A DNA stretch of 64,000 nucleotides from NCBI GenBank assembly GCA_039973685.1, contig JBDWKL010000020.1, positions 40,459 through 104,458 of the forward strand. The letters run 5' to 3'. Positions 50,648 to 60,916 of the stretch are shown here, in pieces. The notes under the pieces were generated by a model. It saw nothing but the letters and a program-made list of their open reading frames with translations. It was not told where the DNA came from and did not search any database. This DNA comes from Hyphomicrobiales bacterium. Its GTDB lineage: Bacteria > Pseudomonadota > Alphaproteobacteria > Rhizobiales > JACESI01. Each line of letters starts with the position of its first letter. The first letter of the stretch is position 1. The translations under genes and the position numbers were made by a program.

Positions 50648-51463
50648 TTAGGACGGCTTGGAGGCACTCGGTCGCACTGAGCTGATATCAACGCCACGCT
50701 TTTCAAGTTCATCAAGTGCTGCATGAATGCTTGGCGGTGGGTTTGGTGTTGCCGCAGTTTCAAGCAATAACCTGTTGCTTGCCTCTTCGACATCCCGCTC
50801 CAAAATTGCCATTACTTCCCGAACTGGTTTCCCAGGCTGGATCGGCGGAAGGTATTCGACAATTAGATTGCCCGAATAGCGCCAAAAAGAGTTACGTGGC
50901 CAAAACAAACCAGCGTTCAGCGCAACAGGCACAATTGCGCAATCAAGCGATTCACCAAGCCTTGCAGCACCTGTGCGGTAACGGCCCTTTTTACCGGCAG
51001 AAACCCGTGTGCCTTCCATGAAGATGATAATGCGGTGGCCTTTATCGACAGCCTTTTTTGCCGCTCTCGTCATTGGGCCAACAACTTTGCCCTTATCTTC
51101 CCTTTTGATTGGGATCATCCCTGTTCGCCATGTAAACCAACCAAACATCGGCAAATACATAAGCTCTTGCTTCATGATGAAAACGATTTTGTCGAGCAAA
51201 GTACCAAACGCCAGCGTTTCCCATGTGGACTGGTGTTTAGACGCGACAATAAACCCACCCTCAGGGATATTCTCTTCGCCTCTAATCTCAATCGTGGAAT
51301 TGGTCGTGAGCATCCATAAAAACATGGTCACACGTTTCCAATGAATGGCGTACAGATAAACCCACCTTTGTGGGAAGAATAGGACGAAAAAACACATCCC
51401 GCCAAAGCACAAGAAGTTAAGATAAAAGACGATCTGACAGATGATGGAACGAATAAAAGTCAT
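50648..51463 (-). CDS. plsC: lysophospholipid (1-acyl-sn-glycerol-3-phosphate) acyltransferase
   Basis: Acyltransferase motif SKHQSTWE and ...IFMEGTR..., with an N-terminal TM segment. Confidence 0.78.
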   Translation of the reverse strand: MTFIRSIICQIVFYLNFLCFGGMCFFVLFFPQRWVYLYAIHWKRVTMFLWMLTTNSTIEIRGEENIPEGGFIVASKHQSTWETLAFGTLLDKIVFIMKQELMYLPMFGWFTWRTGMIPIKREDKGKVVGPMTRAAKKAVDKGHRIIIFMEGTRVSAGKKGRYRTGAARLGESLDCAIVPVALNAGLFWPRNSFWRYSGNLIVEYLPPIQPGKPVREVMAILERDVEEASNRLLLETAATPNPPPSIHAALDELEKRGVDISSVRPSASKPS

Positions 51464-51492
51464 GGGCCACTCTCAATTGAAGTGGTTATGGC

Positions 51493-52278
51493 TTAACGAC
51501 TGACGGGGTTGGGTTCAAGTTCTTTCGTGTAGTTGACGCTTTTGATCAAAGCATCAGAGCTCACATTCCGCCCCGGCATTGTCGGCCAAGGCCAATCCAT
51601 GACATGGTTTAAAACATCACGGGTAATAATCACGGAAAATTTCATATATTCACGCACCATATCCCTCAATCGCGCGCGATTTCGCCACCATGCTTCACCT
51701 TCTGGCACATTAACAGGAGCCGCAATAAGCTTCACGTCAGGGAGTGCATGGGAGAGCTCTTTGATTGCACGTGGCATATGAAGGGCACCTGTCACAACAA
51801 TCAATGACTTAGCGTCCAACTGTTTGTTCCATTGACGGGTTGCTAGTGCATTACCAATCGTGTCGGTCGCGGCACGATCAATGGCAACGCAACAATCCAC
51901 CGCATCCATTGGAAGGCCAAGTACTTTTTGAAAAGAGGATAATGAAAGCGTTGGGTTTACACCCGTCACCAGCAAACGCTCACTCGCGCCTTTTGAAAAC
52001 AACGAAGCACCTTCGCGCAACCTATTTTCACCACCGGTTAAAACAACAATCCCGTCCGCTTTGGTTGCAGGATGGGGGACAGGCGACGTGACAATTGAAG
52101 CGTAACGAATAAAACCGCCCACAAGCACGCCAAAACCAATGAATGCGCCAAGCAAAGTGAGCGACCAACAAAAGCTGGTAACGCGCCGAATTAGGGAGCG
52201 CTTAGGCTTGGAAACTACCTCGCCTTCCTCAAGACCATTATTTGTCTGGTCTTCAATGCCGATACCTTCTTCTGCCAC
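51493..52278 (-). CDS. YdcF/DUF218 (ElyC/SanA-like) family membrane-anchored protein
   Basis: N-terminal TM segment followed by ...ADGIVVLTGG.NRL......L.....RLLVTG... and ...SLIVVTGALHMPRA, a DUF218 pattern. Confidence 0.72.
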   Translation of the reverse strand: MAEEGIGIEDQTNNGLEEGEVVSKPKRSLIRRVTSFCWSLTLLGAFIGFGVLVGGFIRYASIVTSPVPHPATKADGIVVLTGGENRLREGASLFSKGASERLLVTGVNPTLSLSSFQKVLGLPMDAVDCCVAIDRAATDTIGNALATRQWNKQLDAKSLIVVTGALHMPRAIKELSHALPDVKLIAAPVNVPEGEAWWRNRARLRDMVREYMKFSVIITRDVLNHVMDWPWPTMPGRNVSSDALIKSVNYTKELEPNPVSR

Positions 52279-52317
52279 CGTTGATCTATCCCTTACCCTG
52301 TAGCAAATAAACGTCCA

Positions 52318-53376
52318 TTACGTCATCTTTGTCAAATATCTTATGACAGCAAAACGACAGGTTACCGCTGTTAAGAGTGCAACGATAATAATCAAGAATA
52401 TAGTTCCTAAAAAGGCAGACCAACCAATTTGAAAATTGCCAAATAAAGCTGAAATCTGATCGGCCTGCGGTGTGCCAACCGAAAACCTGCCCCAAAAGTT
52501 GAGCAGGATGAAACACAATATTGCAACTCCACCACCTGCAACGCCGCCTTTTAGACCTAAAGACATAAACCGCCGCTGAAACTCTGTTGCAATGAAGGTG
52601 TCACGCCCTCCAACAAAATGCAGCACTTCTATCACTTCTTTATTGCTGGTCATCGCGCCATGAGTCGCAAAGGTCACACTCAGTGTCATGGCCGTCAACA
52701 TCAAGCCCATTATGATAACCCCCACCGCTACCGTGGTATTGGCCATCGAGTTTAAACGGTCCAGCCAAAGGCGATGATCATTCAAGGACGCGCCTTGCAC
52801 ATTATCAGAAAGACGTTCGGCCAATCCACGCAGATTAGCGCGCCGCGATTGGTCAAGTTCCAACACCAGCATACGCGGTACTGGCAACTCAGAAAGGTCA
52901 AATTCATTACCGAGCCAAGGCTGCAAAAGGCGTTCAGACCATTCATCATCGACAATTTGAACATTCGCGATGCCCGGTGTGTCTTCCGAAATTTTGATGG
53001 CTTCACGAATTTCCTCTTCAAAGACTGCACCATCAACGGGGCGCACCTGAACAGTTACTTCCTGCGCGATATCAGCCTGCCAATCAGTTGCTTGTTGCCA
53101 AACAATCGTCACCATCGCAAAGGTGAGACAGGTGAGAAAGCTCATGATAGCAACCACAATCATCAAAGTTTGGCTGGCGACCGAGCGTTCTGGAACGATT
53201 GAATTTCGCCCCTTCTTGCCACCAAATAGGCTGCCTATTGAGGCAACCAACGACGACAGCAAGCTATAGTCAGTTGGGTTGCTGATCATATTTTTCAGTT
53301 TGGGCAGAGTTCGCCGCTTTGCAGGCTGCGCGCTATTTGCACCTTTTTCAGCGTTTGGGGCTTTAGTATCATTCAT
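52318..53376 (-). CDS. ftsX: cell division ABC transporter permease-like protein FtsX
   Basis: 4-TM FtsX-like topology with a large periplasmic loop. It overlaps the ftsE stop by 8 nt. Confidence 0.85.
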   Translation of the reverse strand: MNDTKAPNAEKGANSAQPAKRRTLPKLKNMISNPTDYSLLSSLVASIGSLFGGKKGRNSIVPERSVASQTLMIVVAIMSFLTCLTFAMVTIVWQQATDWQADIAQEVTVQVRPVDGAVFEEEIREAIKISEDTPGIANVQIVDDEWSERLLQPWLGNEFDLSELPVPRMLVLELDQSRRANLRGLAERLSDNVQGASLNDHRLWLDRLNSMANTTVAVGVIIMGLMLTAMTLSVTFATHGAMTSNKEVIEVLHFVGGRDTFIATEFQRRFMSLGLKGGVAGGGVAILCFILLNFWGRFSVGTPQADQISALFGNFQIGWSAFLGTIFLIIIVALLTAVTCRFAVIRYLTKMT

Positions 53377-54034
53377 AAATCAACAACCGCCCCTCTTCTA
53401 AAATCAACCGACGCGCATCAAACTGATCCATCAAGTTGATATCATGCGTTGCAATCACCACAGAGGTGCCAGAACGATGAAGCTCTTGAAACAGGCGCAA
53501 CAAACGTTTTGCAAGAGGGGGATCAACATTGCCTGTTGGTTCATCTGCCAACAAAATTTGCGGTTGTGAGATTAAAGCCCGTGCAATGGCCGCACGTTGT
53601 TTCTCACCACCAGATAAAATGGGCGGCAAAACATTCAATTTATCGCCAAGACCAACCCACTCTAAAAGCTCTTTTACATCCGCGCGATATTTAGCTTCTT
53701 CTTGTCCAGCAACACGCAAGGGCAACGCAACATTCTCAAACGTGGTCAAATGATCGAGCAATCGAAACTCTTGAAACACAATCCCAATGCGGCGACGTAA
53801 TTTTAAAAGCTCATCTTTGGGAAGAGTAGCGGCATCTTGATCGAAAATGCGGATAAGCCCTCGTGAAGGCTTCAGGGACAAAAACAAAAGCTTCAGCAAA
53901 GACGTTTTACCTGCGCCAGATGGGCCAGTGAGAAATTGGAACGACTTTTCAGGGATTTCAAAGGTGACATCACGCAGCACCTCTGGGCCAATCCCATACC
54001 GTAATCCGACATTTTCAAATTGAACGATTGTCAC
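53369..54034 (-). CDS. ftsE: cell division ATP-binding protein FtsE
   Basis: Walker A GPSGAGKTS, signature LSGGEKQR, Walker B ILLADEPTG. Confidence 0.95.
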   Translation of the reverse strand: MTIVQFENVGLRYGIGPEVLRDVTFEIPEKSFQFLTGPSGAGKTSLLKLLFLSLKPSRGLIRIFDQDAATLPKDELLKLRRRIGIVFQEFRLLDHLTTFENVALPLRVAGQEEAKYRADVKELLEWVGLGDKLNVLPPILSGGEKQRAAIARALISQPQILLADEPTGNVDPPLAKRLLRLFQELHRSGTSVVIATHDINLMDQFDARRLILEEGRLLIYE

Positions 54035-54154
54035 GAAATTTACCGCCGAGCTGTTTATGTGTCATGAAATCATTGTTTGGACGATTTTTCCAACGCGAAA
54101 AGATCGATTTTAGGAACTTGTTAACCATAAACGTGAACAACCATATAAGACATT

Positions 54155-55042
54155 ATGGGATCAACCATGCAAAAAATCACGTGCCCCTCTTGTAGTACTT
54201 CTTACGAACTGCCTCACAATTCGATCGGCGCAGAAGGTCGAAAGGTGAAATGTGCAACATGCGGTATTAAGTGGCTCGCTAAAGCCGAAAGCGTGCAGAC
54301 CATTGATCCTTTACTTGATTCGATCTCAACTGGCATTACCGATGACGTAAAACCGGAAGATATTGCTGCTGGAACTGTTGAAACAACAAAACCAACATTA
54401 GCCACTGCCAATACCGATGTACCCATTGATGCGGATTTTGAAGAAGATCAGCCTCCAATGAAGGGTGATCCAGGTGGTGACGTTTCATTACAGTTACCCG
54501 CACTCACTCAGGAAATGCCTCGACCTAAACCGGTAAATCCGTTGATGCGCAATAAACAGGCGCAGCAACGAAAGCCTGGGTTTGACAAAACTGAACGAAG
54601 AGAGCGCCAACAGCAAAAAATATCAGCTATTCTCCGGCCGACAGCCTTCGCAGCAACGATCCTTATTTTAGCGGGCCTTGTTTACGCTCGCGAACCTATT
54701 GTTCGTTTAGTGCCAGACCTTGCGAGCCTCTATGCGAAGGTTGGTTTGGATGTAAATTTGCGCGGCTTTGCGTTTCGCGAGATACGCTCAGAACGCGTTG
54801 TTGAAAGCTCCGGCCCCGTCTTAATCGTTACGGGCGAGATTCAAAACATCAAAGGCACGATTGCCCAAGCGCCTAAATTACGGTTTGGCCTTAAAACCAA
54901 CACCAATGAAGAAATCTACGCTTGGAACCACGAACTATCCGTTCCAACAATTGTTCCAGGCGGCATTGCGCGCTTCCAAAGTCGCCTGCCAGCCCCTCCC
55001 CCTCTTGGTCGAAATCTATCTGTACGCTTTACCGATGGCTAA
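54155..55042 (+). CDS. MJ0042-type zinc-ribbon protein with TM segment and DUF3426-like C-terminal domain
   Basis: ITCPSCSTSYELP...KVKCATCG zinc ribbon, a disordered linker, one TM segment (AFAATILILAGLVY), and a beta-rich C-terminus. The start may be ATG 54167. Confidence 0.72.
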   Translation: MGSTMQKITCPSCSTSYELPHNSIGAEGRKVKCATCGIKWLAKAESVQTIDPLLDSISTGITDDVKPEDIAAGTVETTKPTLATANTDVPIDADFEEDQPPMKGDPGGDVSLQLPALTQEMPRPKPVNPLMRNKQAQQRKPGFDKTERRERQQQKISAILRPTAFAATILILAGLVYAREPIVRLVPDLASLYAKVGLDVNLRGFAFREIRSERVVESSGPVLIVTGEIQNIKGTIAQAPKLRFGLKTNTNEEIYAWNHELSVPTIVPGGIARFQSRLPAPPPLGRNLSVRFTDG

Positions 55043-55085
55043 CACCGTGGCATAGGTCTTTACCATCTGAGTAAGGAGCGACACG

Positions 55086-55631
55086 ATGCCTCTGGTTCGA
55101 GGAAAAAATATTCGCGTTTTGTTTGACGAAGCAACCATTGCGAAACGCAATCAAACGCTTGCTGTTGAGATCGCGAATGAGGGCTATGAACAGCTGCTTG
55201 TGATTATGATTTTAAAAGGCAGCTTCGTGTTTGCTGCTGACCTTGTTCGTGCTTTGCATAATGCAGGTATGGAGCCTTATGTTGAATGCATGTCATTATC
55301 GAGCTATGGCGCTTCCCAACAATCTGATGGAACAGTAACCGTTTTACGCGACATTGAAGAAGATGTTGCTGGACGAGATGTTTTATTGGTTGATGATATC
55401 TTAGAGTCTGGCAGAACCCTTAAGTTTGCTAGGGATTTGATGCTTAAAAGAGGTGCTAACCGCGCCGATTGCGTCGCTCTTTTGGATAAACCACGAAAAA
55501 GAGTTGCAGATTTAGAGGCTTCGTTTACCGGATTTGAATGTCCTGATGCTTTTGTGGTTGGATATGGAATGGATTCAGCGCACGCCTTTCGGGAACTTCC
55601 TTATGTTGGCGTGGTTGAGGGTGAAGCTTAA
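55086..55631 (+). CDS. hpt: hypoxanthine phosphoribosyltransferase
   Basis: PRPP motif VLLVDDILESGRTL and ...KGSFVFAADL... Confidence 0.93.
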   Translation: MPLVRGKNIRVLFDEATIAKRNQTLAVEIANEGYEQLLVIMILKGSFVFAADLVRALHNAGMEPYVECMSLSSYGASQQSDGTVTVLRDIEEDVAGRDVLLVDDILESGRTLKFARDLMLKRGANRADCVALLDKPRKRVADLEASFTGFECPDAFVVGYGMDSAHAFRELPYVGVVEGEA

Positions 55632-55648
55632 GACGGGAACGAAGTAGT

Positions 55649-56029
55649 ATGGCGCGTTTATTAATTGCAGAAGATGACGAAGCAGTCAGAGCTTTCGTAT
55701 CACGGGCACTCATGATTGATGGTCATGAGGTAGTCACTGCTGAAGATGGTGCCAATGCTCTTGATGTTCTAGCAGAAGACAGCAAATTTGATCTGCTTTT
55801 ATCAGACATCAAAATGCCTGTTATGGATGGGATCGCGCTGGCTCTTAATGTCGCGCGCGACCATGACCACCTGCCAATCTTATTGATGACCGGTTATGCT
55901 GACCAACGCGAACGGGCCGATGGTCTTGAAAAAATTGTTATTGATGTGGTGCAAAAACCATTTTCCTTGGCAGACATTCGCGAAGCGGTGAAAAAGGCGC
56001 TTGAGTTGGCGAGCAGTCGCGTCGCTTAA
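55649..56029 (+). CDS. cpdR: single-domain response regulator (CpdR-like)
   Basis: Receiver domain: LLIAEDDE, phospho-acceptor context LLLSDIKMPVMDG, and ...KPF... There is no output domain. The symbol is assigned by similarity of architecture and neighbourhood to alphaproteobacterial CpdR. Confidence 0.7.
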   Translation: MARLLIAEDDEAVRAFVSRALMIDGHEVVTAEDGANALDVLAEDSKFDLLLSDIKMPVMDGIALALNVARDHDHLPILLMTGYADQRERADGLEKIVIDVVQKPFSLADIREAVKKALELASSRVA

Positions 56030-56055
56030 TGAGCGAAGCCGTAAAATCACAGCGC

Positions 56056-58614
56056 TTACTGGCTTTGTAAAAGCCGCTCCAAATATTCTAGTTCAATCTT
56101 TGGTCGCAAACTTTCACCCAGACGCTGGCGGATTTGATCCAGAATTTGGCGTGCGCGTTGCGTATCAATTTCGTCAGGCACTTCCACATCATCACCAAAG
56201 TCAGCACCGGCACGGCCTTCACGGCGGCCCAGTGGGTCGGTGCCGCGTTCGCCACGTGCTAAATTATGATCGCCTTGCCCTTCGCCCTGCCCTGCCATTT
56301 GCTCAGCTAAGCCTTGAGCGCCACGACGAAGCTGGCTAAGTGCTTCAGATTGACTGCCACCAGCCTCTCCAAGTTGACCCTGTCCAAGCTGTTGAGCAGC
56401 ACCCTCCATAGAGCGTTGTGCTTGTCCCAGTTGATTGCCATTTTCAGAACCATTTTGGCCCAGACGATCCAAAAGCTGCTGCAATTGATCCGCCAGTGAT
56501 TGTTGGCCGTCTTGAAGGCTTTGGCCAGATTGCCCTTCACCTTCACCGCGCTGTTGGCCTTGTTGCTCTCCACGATCACCCGGTTGGCCGCGTTGCGGAC
56601 CTTGTTCACCCTGTTGACCTTGATTACGCTCACGAAAGGTTTGATCGCGAAGTTGCTGTTGACGACGGATCATTTCACCCAGCTCGTTCAACATTTGTTG
56701 GGCTTGGCTTTGGCCCTGCTGATTTTGCTGGTTTTGCTGAGCTTGCAAGTTTTCCATCATTTGCTGCAATTGTGACAACATTTGCTGGGCAGCATCGCGC
56801 GAGCCGGTCTCGGCTAGCTCTTGAATGCGGTCCAACATATCTTGCAGGTCTTGAGGACGTAACGCCTGCGATGGATCGCTGTTGGGTTGATTTTGCGCCG
56901 TATCCGCATTGCGTTCTGCTTGTTCAGCGAGCGCTTGCATAAACTCTTGCAAAGCTTGTCGCGCATCGGCCATTAAGCGAGCAAGTTCTTCTTCGCTTGC
57001 GCCATTTTCAATACCTTCACGCAGTGCCTCTAGCGCATCGCGCAAGTTGCGTTCTGCCTCAGATAGATCGCCATCTTCTAAGCCAATGGCCAAATCCCAT
57101 AAATCATCGACGACTTGACGAAGCGCATCATCATCGCGAGCATCGAGGATACCCCGACGGATCGCCGCCAGCGAAATAAAGGCTGCATATTTATTTTCAA
57201 ATTGCTCAGCGCGCAGCGTGATCACATCAATTACATCAACCAGAATAGGCGCATAATTTGCGTCCATTGCTAAATTGCGGCGCTGCTCAATGACCGCACG
57301 CGCCAAAGGATCAACAAACCGACGCAGTGGCAGTGAGATTTTGACAGGCTCGCTGCTCCCCTGCTGACCCAACTGATCAAATGCCCGCAATATCATAACC
57401 ATTTCAGCACCCGCCCAAGGGTGATCAACAATTGAACGTATTGTCTTCGATTTGCCGTCAACGACACGACCACGATTAAGAGAAAGCGGGAATTGTGGCG
57501 CTTCATAAAGTGGGTGTGCATCCTCATCAGAGCCAACGCCATCAGCAACCGGCGCAAACTCGGCAACCGCGCGATTAACGCCGTAATCGTCTTTGATGAG
57601 AGCAACCACCTGCAACGCACCTGAGCGTTGAACTTCTGGCGCTTCAGACAAAGAAATCTCCGGCGCGGTATCAGGTAAAACAGTGAAGGTCCATGCAAGG
57701 GTTTTAGACGCAGTTGCAACCGACAAAATGCCATCAGCTTCTAACGTCATCGCATAATCAAGTTGAGCGCTGGAGACAGGGCGAGAAGCCACATCGCTAT
57801 TTTCAGCATCTGCTTCTGGCGAGATGATCGTCTCAACGCCATCTTCGCCATTAGGCACCGATTGTTTGAAGACAACATTTGTAGTGTCAGAATTGACAGA
57901 GCGAATGGTGATTTCACTTCCTGCTGGCACAACCAGAGGCTCGCCATCAGCATCAAAAGCATCATTTGTCAGAAAAATCGGTGGCTTTCCCGTATAGCGC
58001 GGCGGCGTCACCCACGCATCGAGGCGTGTTGCAATATTCGCCTTGGTTCCGGCAAAATCAGCAATATCAGTCAAACGCGCAATACGGTCAGAACCAGCAA
58101 CATTGAAACCCACAAACAAACCAAGCACAACCAAGACCCGCAATCCATAAGGGTCAAGCGAAGAGATTTGAGACTTTGGGAAACCTGATCGCAGCGCATT
58201 TAGTTTATCAAAAATACGCTTCTTATGTGCCTGCCAAAGAGTGTCTTGCGCAGCATTGCTTGAGTTTTCATTACCCAGCTTATCCAGTGTCGCCGTTAGT
58301 GGACGGTGGTCGATACCAGAAACATGCTCAATACGATCAACAACTTGCTCATTACCTGGGAATGTCGTGCGAATAAGTTTCACAACCACATAAAGGCTCA
58401 TGAGACCAAAGCCGACCATTGCGCAAACGCGCATCCAGTTCGATGTATGCGCCCAAAGCCCAAGCCAAGAGAGCGCAACATAGGTTCCAACAATCAATAA
58501 AAGCGCAAAAATGGACGGCCAAATAGCTTCCCACATCACAACCAATCGCGCACGCCTAATAACACGGCTTACATGATACTTCGTAGATTGAGAGGTTATC
58601 GCTTTATGGTCCAT
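56056..58614 (-). CDS. TIGR02302/DUF4175-like membrane protein with a long Gln/Gly/Glu-rich low-complexity C-terminal half
   Basis: 852 aa with N-terminal TM segments. The C-terminal region is ...QLQQMMENLQAQQNQQNQQGQSQAQQML...GQQGEQGPQRGQPGDRGEQQGQQRGEGEGQSGQ... Confidence 0.72.
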   Translation of the reverse strand: MDHKAITSQSTKYHVSRVIRRARLVVMWEAIWPSIFALLLIVGTYVALSWLGLWAHTSNWMRVCAMVGFGLMSLYVVVKLIRTTFPGNEQVVDRIEHVSGIDHRPLTATLDKLGNENSSNAAQDTLWQAHKKRIFDKLNALRSGFPKSQISSLDPYGLRVLVVLGLFVGFNVAGSDRIARLTDIADFAGTKANIATRLDAWVTPPRYTGKPPIFLTNDAFDADGEPLVVPAGSEITIRSVNSDTTNVVFKQSVPNGEDGVETIISPEADAENSDVASRPVSSAQLDYAMTLEADGILSVATASKTLAWTFTVLPDTAPEISLSEAPEVQRSGALQVVALIKDDYGVNRAVAEFAPVADGVGSDEDAHPLYEAPQFPLSLNRGRVVDGKSKTIRSIVDHPWAGAEMVMILRAFDQLGQQGSSEPVKISLPLRRFVDPLARAVIEQRRNLAMDANYAPILVDVIDVITLRAEQFENKYAAFISLAAIRRGILDARDDDALRQVVDDLWDLAIGLEDGDLSEAERNLRDALEALREGIENGASEEELARLMADARQALQEFMQALAEQAERNADTAQNQPNSDPSQALRPQDLQDMLDRIQELAETGSRDAAQQMLSQLQQMMENLQAQQNQQNQQGQSQAQQMLNELGEMIRRQQQLRDQTFRERNQGQQGEQGPQRGQPGDRGEQQGQQRGEGEGQSGQSLQDGQQSLADQLQQLLDRLGQNGSENGNQLGQAQRSMEGAAQQLGQGQLGEAGGSQSEALSQLRRGAQGLAEQMAGQGEGQGDHNLARGERGTDPLGRREGRAGADFGDDVEVPDEIDTQRARQILDQIRQRLGESLRPKIELEYLERLLQSQ

Positions 58615-58926
58615 ACTAATCCAAAGGTGATGAGGTACCGTTCATAGTATTCAATATTGATCGTTATTATAAGGCAAAATCACGGCATAGCGATAGCTAG
58701 GCTTAGATTTTTACTCACAACCACTTGATGTTCACTTAGTCTGCGAAACTCAATAAATTTTTCCGCGCATTATGTGATTATTAATAAAATTCAAGATAAT
58801 ATTATCGTTATCAGAGCGTTAAATAATAATTAGCATAATTTCTAATCCAATTAATAAAATACGTGATTAGAATCAAGAAAATAGCCTTCCAGTTTAATTA
58901 GTTAATTTATAAATAGAGTCTTCACT

Positions 58927-60888
58927 GTGAAAAAATCATCGATCAAAACAAACTTAATGGCCCTTGCGGCGGCTTTAATTATCACAATGCTAGCATTTGG
59001 TGCTTATTTTAGTACGAATGTCTTGGGTGAACTCGCCGTCATCAATACCCATAAAACGGGTACGGCACTCTTGAAAAAAACCTGGCCGCTGACACTTGCA
59101 AAAGCGCGCGGTGAAGATGTTTCTGGATTTTCAGATATTACAGCTGAAGCTTATCCTGCTTTTTCAATTTGTTTCACCAATGCCGGTAAAGGCAAAAAAG
59201 GTACGCCTGTAAAAGCGCTTTACCAAGTGAGCACTGGAAAGATCGCTGATTTTTCAAAATGTGTACTTAATACCGCGCAATTGATGGAAACGACCGATCG
59301 CGGAGATATGTTCTTAGCAGAATCCACCGCAATCTCCGTGCCGCTCCTTACATCCCGCCTACAGACCATGATCAATAGCGGTCGCAAAGTTCAAAAGAAG
59401 ACGAAGCTCAACCCATTTGATCGCATGATGTTCTTGATCCACGCAGGCCAGTTCAAAGTGATAGGTGACAATCTATCAAAAGCGACCCGCACCGATTTTG
59501 AACTATTCAACATTTCAATGGACAAAAATTTAGAGTCCATATCCGAGACGTTTCGAAAAACAAACGGTAAATATCAAGGGGCAGCTGGTAAGTTTTCTGT
59601 CTCACTTGGAGCAGCCGAAAGTGGAACTGACCTAAAAATCAAACCACTTAATACACATTATGATGCTTTCCTTACCGTAATCGATGCGCTCAACAAAGAG
59701 TTATCCCAACGCTTGATCACTCGGAAGACCGCTCAAGCAGACACGCTAAAGACGAAGCTCACATTGGCAGCATTGGGTGTTATTATCCTAATATTAGCAG
59801 GCATTTTGTTTTCTGCTCGCACTTACAAAGTCATCGTATCTAAGATTTCGACCTTGGACGAGGATATTCGTGCAATGGTGCAGACATCTGACGATCACGC
59901 AATCATGGGTGAACTTCAGGTTGCCAATTATAAATGTGAAATTGGACAAATCGCCCGCGCTGTTGGTTACTTCCGCGATGCTGTGGTTCAACAAATGCGC
60001 AAAGACGAGAAAGTCGCCCGTTCAGAAGCCGCAGAAACACGCAAGAAACAGGTAGACGCCATCGTTGCCGATTTCCAAGCCACCAGTGAAACAATGTTGC
60101 TGGCTGTTGAAGGCGGCGTTGAGCGTATGAAAGATAGTTCTTCAACGCTTTTTGATGCCGCACATGGAACCAGCGAACTTGTTAGCAATGTGAATGAATC
60201 ATCTTTGAATTCATCTAAAAACATTAAGTTCGTCGCAAACTCTGCTGAGAAAATGGAACAATCAATCCGGTCCATCAATCATCAAGCCAGCGAAGTAACC
60301 GCGATTGTGGAACAGGCAACTGAGCAAGCAGCAACCGCTAATGATGACATCGCTTTGCTTTCTGAAAGTGCGGGTTCCATTAGCGAGATCGTTTCTCTCA
60401 TTAAAGACATTGCAGAACAAACCAATCTCTTGGCACTGAATGCCACGATTGAAGCCGCACGCGCAGGCGAGGCTGGCCGTGGATTCGCGGTTGTTGCAAG
60501 CGAAGTAAAAGCACTTGCCAGCCAAACGGCGACTGCAACAGAGCGTATTGGCCAAGGTGTTGGTGATATTCAATCGCGCACGTCAAATGTGGTTGAGAAA
60601 ATGCGCAGTATTTCTGGAACCATGACAGAAGCGAAAGAACACGCCGTACAAATCACTGAAGTTTTGGAAAATCAAAACCAAGTCACAATGGAAATCAACC
60701 AGAATGCAAATCACGCAAATCAGGCATCTGAAAGCGTTGCAGCTGATGTTTATAAGGTTGGAGAGGCTGCCCACAGCACCAACACCGCCGCAAATACTGT
60801 GCGTGAAGCATCTGAAGAAATGTCAACAAAAACGGCTGATCTGCGCAATGAAGTGAAGACGTTCCTAAACCGCGTCGCCGCCGTTTAA
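58927..60888 (+). CDS. methyl-accepting chemotaxis protein
   Basis: GTG start. Two TM segments flank a periplasmic domain of about 250 aa. The highly conserved signalling hairpin [35 protein letters not shown] is present. Confidence 0.92.
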   Translation: MKKSSIKTNLMALAAALIITMLAFGAYFSTNVLGELAVINTHKTGTALLKKTWPLTLAKARGEDVSGFSDITAEAYPAFSICFTNAGKGKKGTPVKALYQVSTGKIADFSKCVLNTAQLMETTDRGDMFLAESTAISVPLLTSRLQTMINSGRKVQKKTKLNPFDRMMFLIHAGQFKVIGDNLSKATRTDFELFNISMDKNLESISETFRKTNGKYQGAAGKFSVSLGAAESGTDLKIKPLNTHYDAFLTVIDALNKELSQRLITRKTAQADTLKTKLTLAALGVIILILAGILFSARTYKVIVSKISTLDEDIRAMVQTSDDHAIMGELQVANYKCEIGQIARAVGYFRDAVVQQMRKDEKVARSEAAETRKKQVDAIVADFQATSETMLLAVEGGVERMKDSSSTLFDAAHGTSELVSNVNESSLNSSKNIKFVANSAEKMEQSIRSINHQASEVTAIVEQATEQAATANDDIALLSESAGSISEIVSLIKDIAEQTNLLALNATIEAARAGEAGRGFAVVASEVKALASQTATATERIGQGVGDIQSRTSNVVEKMRSISGTMTEAKEHAVQITEVLENQNQVTMEINQNANHANQASESVAADVYKVGEAAHSTNTAANTVREASEEMSTKTADLRNEVKTFLNRVAAV

Positions 60889-60890
60889 CT

Positions 60891-60916
60891 CAGGCTCTAT
60901 AACCAGGCTCTATAAC
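60891..60916. repeat. perfect 13-bp tandem duplication (CAGGCTCTATAAC x2) in the MCP/lysA convergent spacer
   Basis: Read directly: 60891..60903 equals 60904..60916. The second copy contains the lysA stop codon (60910..60912). Confidence 0.9.

Noticed and set aside
56314-56942. Several plus-strand ORFs (61-174 aa) within the Gln/Gly-rich region of the TIGR02302-like gene.
   Set aside because: They are a by-product of the CAG/CAA/GGC-rich repeat, since the complement CTG/TTG/GCC has no stops. Their products are Leu/Ala-rich mirror sequences and the ORFs overlap one another.
58819-58833. A CtrA-box-like sequence TTAA-N7-TTAG upstream of the chemoreceptor gene.
   Set aside because: It does not match the full TTAA-N7-TTAAC consensus and lies in a region of about 28% GC, where such words arise by chance.
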